This document shows positions 25,191 through 35,496 of a stretch of 64,000 nucleotides of DNA, piece by piece; the first letter of the stretch is position 1; each line of letters opens with the position of its first letter. The stretch comes from an uncultured Verrucomicrobiae bacterium (GTDB lineage Bacteria > Verrucomicrobiota > Verrucomicrobiia > Limisphaerales > Palsa-1400). The notes beneath the pieces are model-generated. The model had not been told where the DNA came from, did not search any database, and worked only from the letters and a program-made list of their open reading frames with translations. The position numbers and the translations under genes are program-made. Location of the stretch: assembly GCA_963702845.1 (NCBI GenBank), contig OY969763.1:64001-128000 (forward strand), written 5' to 3'.

Positions 25191-26083
25191 CCGACGAGAG
25201 CGTCAATCATGGGCTTGGCGCGTTCTCGAATACGTTGAAGCGTTGCTTCTTCGTCGCGGCAGATTGGCTGTCGGCTTTTGCCGAGGTCGAAACCACGCGT
25301 GCTCAACACGGCGCGGAAGCCATCGGGAAAATTCGACGCCGTGTGCATCAGGTTGATTAACTCGAGCAACCTGAAATGCAGCTCGCGAGCCGCATCCCAT
25401 TTTTTATCCAGGAACAAGCGATATAACTTGAACGAAGCTTCGGGAACGATGCCCGACACAGCAACGGTCCCGCCGTCTGCGCCCATGAACATGGCTGGCA
25501 ACAGGACTTCTTCGCATCCACTCATAATACTGAAGTCAGCTCGAACGGCTTTGACCTGTCGCAGCAACGTGAGGAACCGCGTGAAATCGCGCGAGCTATC
25601 TTTGATGCCCACGATACGCGGAAATTCCAACGCAAGACGTTTCACGCTGCCTAACGCAATTTCATTTGAGTGTTGCGGGATGTTGTAAAGGACGATGTCA
25701 ATTGGCGTCTTGGCGACCAGTTCGCGAAAGAACTGTTCAACGCTCTCAGCGCTGATGCGATGGTAATATGGCCCGGTCACGGAAATCGCGATGCAGCCCA
25801 GGTCCCGATACATTTTTGCCGCGTCAACAATCATATCGATATTTGGTTCCGCTGCGCCGGCCATAACCGGAACGCGACCGCGACATTCTTCGACGACAAC
25901 CTTCACGACGCGGCGGCGTTCTTCCGGGCTGAGCCGAATGAATTCGCCGGTGCTGCCATTTGGGTAAAGGCCATTGACACCGTTTTCGATGAGCCAATTG
26001 ATGAGACGGCGCAGTTCGGGTTCGTTGATCGCGCCGGTATCGGTGAACGGGACCAGGTGTGGGGTGAAAATGCCTTTGATCAT
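25187..26083 (-). CDS. Dihydrodipicolinate synthase (DapA) family protein
   Basis: GSTGEF, LYNIP, GIKDSS motifs. Confidence 0.9.
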   Translation of the reverse strand: MIKGIFTPHLVPFTDTGAINEPELRRLINWLIENGVNGLYPNGSTGEFIRLSPEERRRVVKVVVEECRGRVPVMAGAAEPNIDMIVDAAKMYRDLGCIAISVTGPYYHRISAESVEQFFRELVAKTPIDIVLYNIPQHSNEIALGSVKRLALEFPRIVGIKDSSRDFTRFLTLLRQVKAVRADFSIMSGCEEVLLPAMFMGADGGTVAVSGIVPEASFKLYRLFLDKKWDAARELHFRLLELINLMHTASNFPDGFRAVLSTRGFDLGKSRQPICRDEEATLQRIRERAKPMIDALVG

Positions 26084-26090
26084 AAAAAGT

Positions 26091-27557
26091 TCAGACGCGC
26101 TCGAAATCGATGAAGCCATTATTGGCATCGGCAAATTTGAGACTGACGCGCACTTTTTGCCCGACATCGAGGCCCTGTTCCCCGTGGATGACGCGGCCTT
26201 CGGCGGGAACGGTGAGCAGGCGCACAAACGTGCCCTTGGGCGTGGCACCTGTAACAATCGCGTCGAATTGTTCAGCAATGCGATTTCGCAGAAGCATCGC
26301 TGCAGCGACTTTCTTCATGAATCGTTCGACGTGACGCGCGGCGGTTTCGCGATCGTTGCAGTGCGCGGCAATTTTGCTCAGTTCCTCTTCACCGATGGGC
26401 GCGGCGGACCCACACGCCTGTTTAACCAGACGTTGCATGACGAGATCAGCGTAACGCCGATTCGGCGCTGTTGAATGGGTGTAGTCGTGGACTGCCAGAC
26501 CGAAGTGCCCTTCTTGTTCCTGGCCGGCTTTTTCGACGATGTATTCGCCGGGACCGAGTGACTTTAGAACTGCGAGTGACAACTCGGGAAAGCGAACCGG
26601 ATCTTCTTGTTTTTGTTTTGCGAGGAATGCGCTCAACGCGCCGGGATCAGGTGCGTCGGGCAGCTCCGTGCCTTTTTCTGCTGCGATAGCCTGAATTCGA
26701 TCCCACCGTTTCGGCGTGCGCACGACACGACGAATGGCAAGACAACCGCGTTCGCGCAGGTGACGGGCCATCGAGACATTTGCAGCCACCATGAAACTTT
26801 CGATAATGTCGCGCGCGGGGTTGGCTTCAACTTTTTCGAAGCCCGTAACTTCGTTGTTCACAACGAGCGGGATGTTTTCAACCCCGCCCAGCGTGAGGGC
26901 GCCGTGCGTTTTGCGGAAATCGATCAGGCGCTGGCTCGCTTCGCGTTGAAGCCGGAGTTGCGCAATGGTTTCATCGCCGACCGGAAAACTCGCCGGCGAA
27001 GGTGCGTTGCCATCGAGCCATTTGCCGACTTCGTCGTAGTTCAATTTCGCCCGGTTGCGGACCTGCGCGGGATAGACGTCCACCCCTTGCACATCGCCAT
27101 CGTTGCAGGTGTGAAACTCGATAATGACCGCGACCCGATCAGCGTCTTGCTTCAGCGACGTGAGATCGGTGGAAAGGTGCTCCGGCAGCATTGGGAAGGT
27201 TGGGCCGCCGGTGTAAACGGACGTTGCATTAAACGCAGCGTGTCCATCAAGTTTCGTGCCCCGTTGCACGACGGCATCTACGTCAGCAATTCCGACGAGC
27301 ACACGGATGGAACCGTCGCTCTGGCGTTCAGCCCATTCGATTTGGTCGAGATCGCGCGATTGTGTGTTGTCGATCGAAGACCAGGCGAGGGCACGAAGGT
27401 CTTTGCACGTCGGACAACTCGCGGCTTTGGCGCCATTGGCTTCAGCCGTGACCTCAGCAGGAAAATCAGGACGAAAACCGTCGTGGATCATCGCGTCATG
27501 CGCGCGACGTTGAAAATCAGGATTACTCACGCCGTGTAGGCTAAACGTTGGCTGCAA
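26091..27557 (-). CDS. RNB-domain (RNase II/R-like) ribonuclease
   Basis: SIDNTQSRDLDQ, GIADV, IESFMVAAN, HFGLA...YTHSTAPNRRYADL, C-terminal S1-like domain. Confidence 0.9.
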   Translation of the reverse strand: MQPTFSLHGVSNPDFQRRAHDAMIHDGFRPDFPAEVTAEANGAKAASCPTCKDLRALAWSSIDNTQSRDLDQIEWAERQSDGSIRVLVGIADVDAVVQRGTKLDGHAAFNATSVYTGGPTFPMLPEHLSTDLTSLKQDADRVAVIIEFHTCNDGDVQGVDVYPAQVRNRAKLNYDEVGKWLDGNAPSPASFPVGDETIAQLRLQREASQRLIDFRKTHGALTLGGVENIPLVVNNEVTGFEKVEANPARDIIESFMVAANVSMARHLRERGCLAIRRVVRTPKRWDRIQAIAAEKGTELPDAPDPGALSAFLAKQKQEDPVRFPELSLAVLKSLGPGEYIVEKAGQEQEGHFGLAVHDYTHSTAPNRRYADLVMQRLVKQACGSAAPIGEEELSKIAAHCNDRETAARHVERFMKKVAAAMLLRNRIAEQFDAIVTGATPKGTFVRLLTVPAEGRVIHGEQGLDVGQKVRVSLKFADANNGFIDFERV

Positions 27558-27609
27558 TTGGCTAAAGTGGAAAACGACGGAGAGATGAGCTCCACACTCA
27601 AGGCAGAAC

Positions 27610-27631
27610 TGGAGCCAGTTGCCGGACTTGA
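27610..27631 (-). repeat. att site copy 1: 3' end of a tRNA (probably tRNA-Thr)
   Basis: Reverse complement TCAAGTCCGGCAACTGGCTCCA reads as T-loop, T-stem, acceptor strand, U73 and CCA; 21 bp are identical at 37528-37548. Confidence 0.85.
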
Positions 27632-27738
27632 GGTGCCTTCACCGATTCAGTGTGAAGAGAATAACTGGTTTCCCTAGGAAAGTCAAAGAATATTTGACTA
27701 AACTCGGTCACTATTTTTCCAAATTTCGCATAACTTTT

Positions 27739-27939
27739 ACTGACAGTTTGACTGACACTTTTTTGAACTTTTTGCACCCCGGAATGGCCGGTTTCGAACA
27801 GGCGGCCTTCTTTTTGACCCCTTTTCACCCTCGAACTGATGCTTCCACTGACAATTGCACTGACAGTTTTTACACCTCTTGGAATGGCTGCTCTCAAACA
27901 GGCGGCCTTTCGAACACCCCTGTCAGTGAAAGTGTCAGT
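27739..27939. repeat. Paired ACTGACA heptamers (integrase arm-type-like sites)
   Basis: ACTGACA at 27739/27751 and 27847/27859; inverted TGTCAGT at 27921/27933; each pair has 12-bp periodicity. Confidence 0.7.
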
Positions 27940-27958
27940 TAGCATAGGTACCGATAAC

Positions 27959-28716
27959 TAAGTCCATCGCCAAGCCTGTGAGACGTTCGAGGTTAATCGG
28001 CCTCTTCCTCCTGCTCGGTTTCATCGTCCTCGTCCACAGTGAAGTCCCGCGTCGGAGTAGCGAGTGTCGGTTTAATCTCTAAATTTCGCTTATGTCCGCC
28101 CATAGTGGCTCAAGCTCGTAATCGCCCAGAGCCATCAGCCTGATTTCGGGACAGTCGCTCAAATCGATTGCCTTTTCGAGCCAATCAAACGCGGCTTTTA
28201 AGTTGCCGAGTTTGCACTCGCAACACGCGAGATTGTACCGCATCGACCAATCGTCGGGGAATCTATCCACAACAGGCAACAACATATCGCGCGCCTCTGC
28301 CGGGTGGTGCACGCGCAACCTATAAGCCGTCTGGATTGGATCACCATGAGCCATGTCGCGAGCAAGGCTTAATGCGTGACCCAATTTTTGCGTCTTCTCG
28401 TATATGCGGGCACGCATCATCAAAACTTCAGCCCCCGCACGCGACGCCGGAGAGATGCGGTCTAGTTCATCGTTCGCTTCGCTCCAGTTGCCTAAGCCAA
28501 TCCAGCCTTTGGCGGCTTCTAAATGTCGGCGGTCGTCTAAATCCACAGGCAGCGATTTTGACAGCGACACGCCTAAGCGAAAACAAAAAAGAGCGAGCCG
28601 GTTGCTAAGTATCTATTGGTAAGTCCATCGCCAATGTCGTGAGACGTTCGAATTTAAGCGGTGTCCTCCTCCTGCTCGGTGTCATCGTCCTCATCCACAG
28701 CGAAGTCGCGCGTTGG
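27959..28716. repeat. 97-bp imperfect direct repeat (27959-28055 and 28620-28716)
   Basis: Both copies start TAAGTCCATCGCCAA..GTGAGACGTTCGA and include the last ~20 codons of the 28654-29877 gene. Confidence 0.85.
28079..28570 (-). CDS. TPR-repeat protein
   Basis: HLEAAKGWIGLG..EA..EL, RYNLACCECKLG..KAAFDWLEKAI helical repeats. Confidence 0.75.
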   Translation of the reverse strand: MSLSKSLPVDLDDRRHLEAAKGWIGLGNWSEANDELDRISPASRAGAEVLMMRARIYEKTQKLGHALSLARDMAHGDPIQTAYRLRVHHPAEARDMLLPVVDRFPDDWSMRYNLACCECKLGNLKAAFDWLEKAIDLSDCPEIRLMALGDYELEPLWADISEI

Positions 28717-29877
28717 CGGATACGGTCCGCCAAACGGAACCGCAGCCGGATCGAAGGTGCCGTCAATTGCTGGGTCGGGATAACCGACGGTGAATGGCGA
28801 TTTTGCGGCGGCGATTTCCCTGGCCCACGTCATCCAAGCGGTCTGGTCTGACGAGAGTTCGGGCGATTGCGTTTTCCATCGGCGTCCGCACTCGTCAATG
28901 AATTGGAGCAAGGCGCAGCTTCGTCGCCAACGTTTTGCTGCATTGCGTAAAGTTACCTCGCGCGCGTGCGCAGTGTCGACAAGTGCCTCGGCGTGTTGGC
29001 GTTCTTTTTCTTTTTGCCGGCGGATTGCTTCTTCTATTTCCGCTTTCTTTCGGCGCTCCAACCATTCTGCATGCTCCTTGGCTCTCTGGATGGCTTCCTG
29101 TTCCTGGCGCACTTGAATATCTAAGTAGTATTGGCGGAGACCGGCGACGATTTGAGATAAACATTTTTCCAACGGGACCTTGGCGGTTTCAAACCATTCT
29201 TTGGTGCCCTGCGAGCCAAACCAACTTGGCTTGAATGAAAAGGTCAGGTATCCCGATGGTTTTGGGCCCCGCTCTGTCGAACGGTAGGACGGAACGCTCG
29301 CCCTCGTACCGTCGGGCAAGACAAGATACTCAGCGATTTCCAGATATAACCGGTCGCGACTCCTTTCAAAGTAGCCGCCTTGGTACATACCGTGATATTT
29401 CCGGAACCGAATACCGATTGGTTCGAATTCCTTGAGCAACACGTGGAACGCATGCGCAACACGCTCGGCTAGGTTTTTCGAGACTGTTACCTCCGGGAAT
29501 ATTGTTTCCTTAAGGTGCGCGCGCCTGTTGTCGTCAAGTTTGGCTTTGGTGATCGCCGTCATTAGCTCGGACGCCAAAGGAAGCAAGGGTTCGCCCGGTG
29601 CCGGCAAATTCAGAACCTTTGGAACACGACGCTGCGCCTGTTGTTTAAACAGCTCGTCTGGCATCGGCGGTAGCGGCGCCTTTCGTGGGTTCTTCCCCGC
29701 GGCGATTTTTGCCCAGTAGCCACGCGAGGGACGCGGGACATTCAGTCTCTTGCAGCGTTTGGCGATGGCGACGTCTGAGATCCCGAAGTCGGTGGAGAGA
29801 TTGCTGACGGGCGTGGACCAGACCAGATCGTAGAGTTCGGTTCGAGAATAGTCGTCGATTTTACGAGTGATACTCAT
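28654..29877 (-). CDS. Mobile-element-associated hypothetical protein (N-terminal HTH-like, coiled coil)
   Basis: RTELYDLVWSTP..LSTDFGISDVAIAKRCKRLNVPRPSRGYWAK motif, which I recognise from island/ICE hypothetical proteins; long charged helix. Confidence 0.7.
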   Translation of the reverse strand: MSITRKIDDYSRTELYDLVWSTPVSNLSTDFGISDVAIAKRCKRLNVPRPSRGYWAKIAAGKNPRKAPLPPMPDELFKQQAQRRVPKVLNLPAPGEPLLPLASELMTAITKAKLDDNRRAHLKETIFPEVTVSKNLAERVAHAFHVLLKEFEPIGIRFRKYHGMYQGGYFERSRDRLYLEIAEYLVLPDGTRASVPSYRSTERGPKPSGYLTFSFKPSWFGSQGTKEWFETAKVPLEKCLSQIVAGLRQYYLDIQVRQEQEAIQRAKEHAEWLERRKKAEIEEAIRRQKEKERQHAEALVDTAHAREVTLRNAAKRWRRSCALLQFIDECGRRWKTQSPELSSDQTAWMTWAREIAAAKSPFTVGYPDPAIDGTFDPAAVPFGGPYPPTRDFAVDEDDDTEQEEDTA

Positions 29878-29948
29878 TGTAGCCTCAACATACTCGCCAA
29901 CGACAAAGCGCCACAAACGTCACGTCCCGCACTTTTTTCTGCACACGC

Positions 29949-29990
29949 GCTGCCGGCGCTAGAGGCCAGATGCACGAAAAGGTAATACTC
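29949..29990 (+). repeat. Module-boundary motif copy 1
   Basis: GCTGCCGGCGCTAGAGGCCAGATGCACGAAAAGGTAATACTC; related copies at 32344, 40005, 46071, 48069, 59485. Confidence 0.8.
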
Positions 29991-30091
29991 TAGATGCTAT
30001 CTTCGTCGGTAGTCATTTCTAACGCTTTTAAGGGGTAAGCGCAGCCATTTGCATGCGGTAAGAGATCGCCCGGTCTATGATTGATCGATTA

Positions 30092-31258
30092 TTACCTCTC
30101 AAGATCAATACTCGCTCTGAGGTTTTCGATTTTGGCGCATGACCACAAGACCTTCGTAGATAGTACGTTGACCTGCGGCTTTAGGTCTTTAAGCTTTGCC
30201 TTCGATCGTTCAACGGCCTGGACGTTCCATTTGTACTCCGTTTGCGCACCCGCTAGCAGATGTTCAAGTTCGTTAGTATGGGCCAACGTTTTTGGTGCAA
30301 TCGGAGCGTTCTCGGTTACCGGCGGCCGCATTCTCAAGTTCTCGATTTCATCCGTAAGTGCTCGAATCGATTCTTTCAATTGGATAATGCGCTTTTCGGC
30401 AGCCTGTTTTTCGGCTTCCGTCAACTTCACCCTAGCGAGCAGGTTGGTCAATTCGTGCTGTTCCAGCGAGAGTTCCCGGGCCTGTTTCGACAGCTTTAGA
30501 AGATATTGGCGAAAGCTGTCGTCGATATGGAGCTTAGCGTAGCCGTAATAGAACGCGCTGGGATCTTGCAAAATGAATTCAGACGCACTGATCTTCTGAA
30601 ACTGCAATCCTGCGGATTTTGCTGCAATTTCAATTTCTGCAAAGTTGGAGAATGCGGTGTGGCTAGTTGCGCGGTAATCAACGCCCTGCAGTTGCAAAAC
30701 ACCCGACAGTGTAGATGTTTCTGGCGATGCCAAGTCGCTCAGGAGCTGAGTTTCATCGTGCTGAATTGGGTCGATTGATCGAAGCCTCTCGTTCATAGCC
30801 CCTTCTGGCTTCATAAAGAGCTTAGCTTTTTCCACCGACAGTGTGGTTTCGTCGTATGTTGCGTGTGCTATGCTCAGCAAGATCGACGCCACGCGTGGAT
30901 TGACCAACGGAGCCTTAATCGAGGCCAACGCGCTGAGACGAATGCCAGACACGATGCTGAGAGTTTCATGGGGAAGGCTTAATGGCTGGTCTTGAACATC
31001 TTTAAAGAGGCGATCGGCTGTGTATCTCAAGTGTTCGATTGTACCGTCCCGGGGGACGCGAAGAATGGTTCCAGCACCATAACCGTCGTTGTAGACACGA
31101 AAGGGAATGATGCGGAATTGCTGGCGCAGTGTAGTATTAAACTTTTCCACCGGTGACGAGCAACCGGACACCAAAACGCATGCAAGCATAGCGGTGGCGG
31201 CGCCGCTCCAGTGGAGAAAGGCGCGGATGATTTGGCGATTGCGAATAGTTTTCTTCAT
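30092..31258 (-). CDS. Putative lipoprotein with beta-rich domain and C-terminal coiled coil
   Basis: 388-aa ORF, lipobox-like LVSG|C, heptad-rich C-terminal third. Confidence 0.7.
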   Translation of the reverse strand: MKKTIRNRQIIRAFLHWSGAATAMLACVLVSGCSSPVEKFNTTLRQQFRIIPFRVYNDGYGAGTILRVPRDGTIEHLRYTADRLFKDVQDQPLSLPHETLSIVSGIRLSALASIKAPLVNPRVASILLSIAHATYDETTLSVEKAKLFMKPEGAMNERLRSIDPIQHDETQLLSDLASPETSTLSGVLQLQGVDYRATSHTAFSNFAEIEIAAKSAGLQFQKISASEFILQDPSAFYYGYAKLHIDDSFRQYLLKLSKQARELSLEQHELTNLLARVKLTEAEKQAAEKRIIQLKESIRALTDEIENLRMRPPVTENAPIAPKTLAHTNELEHLLAGAQTEYKWNVQAVERSKAKLKDLKPQVNVLSTKVLWSCAKIENLRASIDLER

Positions 31259-31412
31259 AAGCTCAACATTTAAAAACTTTCAACTAACATCATCGTGTAT
31301 GATGTAAACCTCATTTAGTGTCAAGTGAATCACGTTATGCAATAATGTTAATTGTGCGTAATGTCCTATGTATTAGAAAAATATAGATTGCATTTTTGAT
31401 GTAATATTTTTA

Positions 31413-32307
31413 TTGTCTCCCTCGCAATCTATGACGCTTGATTCTCATGAAGCTCTGCAAAAAGAACTCGACGAATTGCTAACCATTTGTCAGTTAAAGG
31501 AATGGGGAAACACTGAGCGGCAGCGGCTGAAGGATTTTCGCACGGCAATTGGTGCCGGCGTTCCAGAAATTGCACTGGCGCTCGACGTTACGCCGGCGAC
31601 TGTGAGGTGGTGGGAGCGCCAGACCGGTGATCAAGAGGAGCGCAGCGCGCCGCCGCCAATCGATAAGGTTAGGCGGTTTGGGGATTTGATTCTGGAGAGG
31701 AAGCTTCGTGCAATGTTACAACCAGGGAGGGGTGGTGCTGTCGTCGGCGCCGTATTGCAACAGGTTCGTAACTTGCAGTATGTAATGGATCGGGCGCGGG
31801 AAAGCAGCCGGTTTTGGGTATTTCGTTTCGGATGCGCTTTCAACTCCGGGATTGATGATGGAGTGTTCAAGACTACCGTCGACTATTGGTTGCAAGCCAA
31901 GGAAAATGCCCAGTTGATTTTTGTTTACGCCGAAGCCGGCAAAGACAATCCAGAGACCGAGGTTTACAAAGCCGAGCTATCGTACCGCGGCTTTGTTAAA
32001 AAGTGTCAACAATTGTCACAATCCGATCGAGAAAAACTATCTCAACATTGGCTGGGAGCCGCAGTCAACAAATCTGAAGCGAGTCAACTTGGGCTTGTCG
32101 ACCCTTGGGTCTCGTACGCAATGGCGGAGTACCGACGCAGATGCCTTTGTAAAGACCAGGCGGAGCCTAGATGTTTGGACTGAGATGGTTTTCGAAAATG
32201 GTCCGGCGTGGCTAGAACTACCCGAATTGGCAGCGCTTCAATGGAAGCAGCGGAGAGCACAGATTCTATCTTCTATCGTGCAACGCGCTACGCCACCCAC
32301 AGCGTAA
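31413..32307 (+). CDS. XRE-type HTH protein with unknown C-terminal domain (one frameshift near 32140)
   Basis: LKDFRTAIGAGVPEIALALDVTPATVRWWE HTH; the 31921-32307 frame supplies a plausible C-terminus; divergent from the lipoprotein across an AT-rich spacer. Confidence 0.65.
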
Positions 32308-32387
32308 GCAGCTGGAAGTTAGTTAAAGAAGTTGAGCACGTGTGCTGCCGGCGCTAGAAAGTATTACCTAGAGGTCGGACTGAATGG

Positions 32388-32648
32388 TTGCGGTTCGGAT
32401 CTTTTTCTTTCCAAGCATACTGCGTAATCGCCATCGCAATGTATGCAATGACCTTCCCGAACGTGCTCCCCCCAACATCGGTTTCATCGCCAATCTCCGC
32501 GTCATTTTTTGTTTCGTTCGTTGCGCTGCTTATCACCGCCCTAAACCAATTTGAATCGCGAGATCGACGCGGTGCAATACAAAGCCTGCTGTTTGCAGTC
32601 CTAGCTGTTGGTCTCGGGTGGCTGACATTTCCGATCTATGTCAAATAG
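32388..32648 (+). CDS. Small membrane protein
   Basis: Three hydrophobic stretches; start codon uncertain. Confidence 0.4.
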   Translation: MRFGSFSFQAYCVIAIAMYAMTFPNVLPPTSVSSPISASFFVSFVALLITALNQFESRDRRGAIQSLLFAVLAVGLGWLTFPIYVK

Positions 32649-32671
32649 CGGCTCTGGCTGAGCTGAGGTGT

Positions 32672-34461
32672 TGATATGGCTCTCTGATTGTCAAGTGGGC
32701 AATGCGATTCGGCTTCCGTTTTTTTACGGTTTTTCTTTCTGACATTGAGCAATGGACTGTTGAGTTGGCAGAAGCAGCAATCAACGACGGTTGATCCTGC
32801 TGATATGCGTGAGTTCATCGGGTCCGAAGACCTGACTTATCGACCTGACCACGGTTCGAGTCGCGGCGCTTCCTCTCTCTAGGCACGAGGGTTCGTTCGC
32901 AAGGAACTTCCTCTTAACACTCACGAGGGTTCGCCTAACCGAGCTGCTCTCTGCCAACTCATCAATCCACTGCAAAGTTAAAGTTTTTTTATTTGTTCGG
33001 TTTTGCCCAGCGATTCGACCGGGTGAGCGCAGCGGCAGCGTAGCGAGAGCTGGCGCGATAGCGCTTCGGCTCACGTGCTCATCAGCAGTTGGTTTGCTGA
33101 TAATCGGTTCGTGCCACTTCATTCTTAAATGTTATTTTTTATAAGTTCGGGTTGGATTCAGTTTGTAAACGCGGCCGCGGCAGGTCCGGATAATTTCCGG
33201 CGCAGCTGGTTTTTGCGGCGCTTTGATCTGGCAGGCGATGGCCCAGACAAAGCCGGTCAGTTCACGCGCAATGGCAGTGACCACCACGACGCTCTTTTTA
33301 CGAACCGATAGGAAGCGGAACCGTTTATGCAGTCGCTGTTGAGCTTTCCATGCGATCAAGCGGACTTCTTTGCTTTGTTTTTCCTGTCATTTTTGCATGA
33401 CCTCGCTGACCTGCGGTTTGAGACGGTAATGCCAGGACGCTTCGGTCAGGACGCGCCGGCAGTGGGTGTTGCCGCATTTAGTAATCCCACCTTGGCTGCG
33501 TTTTCCGCCGCTGCTGTGCTCGCAGGAAGTCAGTCCAAAAAAACTCATCAGCTGCCGCGGCTCAGTAAAGCGGGTCATGTCCCCAGCCTCAGCCACCAAA
33601 GTCATCCCGTTGAGCACTTGCACCCCACGCAAGCTCATCAGCCCGCGCACCACCGGTTCCCATTTCCAGCCCGACAAAGAGTTTTCCACTGCTTGAGTCA
33701 GTCGTTCCAGTCGCTGGCTGGCGTCGTCGATCGTATGAATGCATTCCTGAAAGACGATTTGCTGCGCCGGTTGCGGCATGAGCAAGCCGGAGAGATAACG
33801 CTTGTGCGCATCGTTCCAACTGGTCTTGCCGCTGTAACGAAAACCCAGTCGCAACAAAAAGCCTTTCAAACGATTTCGGGCCTGGCGCTGGTCACACACC
33901 GCCGCAGTGCGGGCCCGGATCAAATCGCGGATAGCTTCATCCTCCTGATCAGGCACGTAGATGGCCCTCAGTTCTCCCGCCCGATAAAGACGGGCCAGTT
34001 GCTCGGCATCACGCCGATCAGTCTTCACCCGGTCGGAAGCCTTTTTGGGAATGAGCGAAGGCGACACCACATCGCATTGGATGCCTTTGCTTTTAAGATA
34101 GCGATGAATGACAAAGCCGCAGGGACCCGCTTCGTAAACAAAACGCAGTTCAATGTTTTGTGCAGATAGTTTTTTGACGAGCTTTTCGACGGCTTCAAGG
34201 GCTCCGCCGATGATGCCGTAGGAACGGACCTCGGTGGTATCCTGCGGCGCGATGGCCACGGCAATAGTTTCTTTGTGGACGTCCAGACCGAGGTAATGCA
34301 CGATTTTATTCATGGGTGTTTGGTTTCTTTCATTGATGCTGAATCAGCCCCGACCCGCCGTCGGGACTCTCATATTGCGGATAGGTCGGCACACGCCGAT
34401 AACCCGCGTAACACCGAGATCAAACACCCATCTGACTTTCTCGTTAAGCCATATGGTCTAT
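32672..34461 (-). mobile_element. IS110-family (IS1111-like) insertion sequence
   Basis: Subterminal inverted repeats ATATGGCT/AGCCATAT at 32674 and ~34447-34454, outward -35 TTGACA at the right end (32689-32694), ~450-bp non-coding region downstream of the transposase; exact ends +/- a few bp. Confidence 0.85.
33132..34313 (-). CDS. IS110 family transposase/recombinase (frameshift near 33390)
   Basis: GLDVHKE, YEAGPCG, KTDRRDA (DEDD RuvC-like), GLTSCEHSSG..ITKCGN, AIARELTGFVWAI. Confidence 0.95.
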
Positions 34462-34484
34462 TCCAAGTAGCGGCATCCACTCTT

Positions 34485-35102
34485 ATGCCAAACGAGTTTG
34501 GAGTCTTTGCACCAGTATTCGAGTCAGCACACGGCTACCTCGCTCTGTTGCATCTATCTGCTGAGGACAGCACCGATGCAGTTCGATTGGTGCGCCAGTG
34601 TGCAGTAGCCGACATTGATCGCTCAGCCACCCTTGGATTGCTCAGAGACCTGAACTGGCGTCCGACGTTGGTGGCTGCAGTAGCAGCCGCGTTTCTGCCT
34701 CCAGACTCTCGCATCGCCGATGCGCTCTGGCACCGATTTGACTCAGGTAGCTGGGTTGTTCCGCAGATTGCCATTGTTCTTTCTGCAATTGATCCCGACT
34801 TTCAGACTCAGGCTCGTCGCCGACTTGAGGCTCACTGTCCGCTCGATTCCACCGATCTTCGGGCACTTACGATGATTGAGCGGCACTCCGCAGCCGGTCC
34901 TGCAGGCGGCACTGAGCGTTCAGCTAAGGCCGCAAGTGCTTTGGAGAACATTGTAGCTGCCATTTTCCCGCAGCCAGTTTGGCTTGCCCCGATTGTCGCC
35001 ACCTCGGAACATCAGGCATTGGTCGCCTCAGATATTGACGCCGGAGGTGGCATTGCCCAGCGTTGGGGAGAGCGATTCACACAGATCAGACAACTGTTGT
35101 AG
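34485..35102 (+). CDS. Hypothetical cassette-like protein
   Basis: ORF directly after the IS end; helical, Ala-rich; co-oriented with the array. Confidence 0.55.
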   Translation: MPNEFGVFAPVFESAHGYLALLHLSAEDSTDAVRLVRQCAVADIDRSATLGLLRDLNWRPTLVAAVAAAFLPPDSRIADALWHRFDSGSWVVPQIAIVLSAIDPDFQTQARRRLEAHCPLDSTDLRALTMIERHSAAGPAGGTERSAKAASALENIVAAIFPQPVWLAPIVATSEHQALVASDIDAGGGIAQRWGERFTQIRQLL

Positions 35103-35126
35103 GTATGAGTTAAGCCCTATTACACC

Positions 35127-35423
35127 ATGAGTTCGCAACGACTTTCAGACCAAGAGCAACGGGGACTTTGCGAGGTGCTGTATTACGCGTTTCTTGATTT
35201 GCGCAACATGGGTTTACCTGATCGGGCTCTTCAGGCATCCAAACTCGCCTATGCTTTGCACAACTTGCCGCACCTAATATTTGCGGATGATTTTACGTGG
35301 GAAAAAGTCGAAGGACCGTTGCGTTATTATCAGAGCCAGTTTTATCAGACCGAGGCGACGCGTGGATACGATTACGTGAAGATGATTGCGCAGATTCGGA
35401 ACGGAGATTCGGTTTCACCATGA
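35127..35423 (+). CDS. Hypothetical cassette-like protein
   Basis: 98 aa, ALHNLP motif, followed by a GCCTAAC R''-like box at 35434. Confidence 0.6.
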   Translation: MSSQRLSDQEQRGLCEVLYYAFLDLRNMGLPDRALQASKLAYALHNLPHLIFADDFTWEKVEGPLRYYQSQFYQTEATRGYDYVKMIAQIRNGDSVSP

Positions 35424-35496
35424 GAACCGTATGGCCTAACCAGAGTGCTCCGGCGGACGGCGGGATGATGCTGCGTTTGTTATGGGGCGTAACGCT

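Noticed and set aside
26607..27539. Long antisense ORFs (this one, also 2444-3304, 18574-19383, 33327-34169)
   Set aside because: Shadow frames opposite well-supported genes in GC-rich DNA.
27610..27631. Complete tRNA gene at either att copy
   Set aside because: Only the last 21-22 nt are present; adjacent sequence does not supply anticodon or D arms.
27598..27945. ORFs on both strands over the island left end
   Set aside because: They overlie att and arm-type repeats; no protein features.
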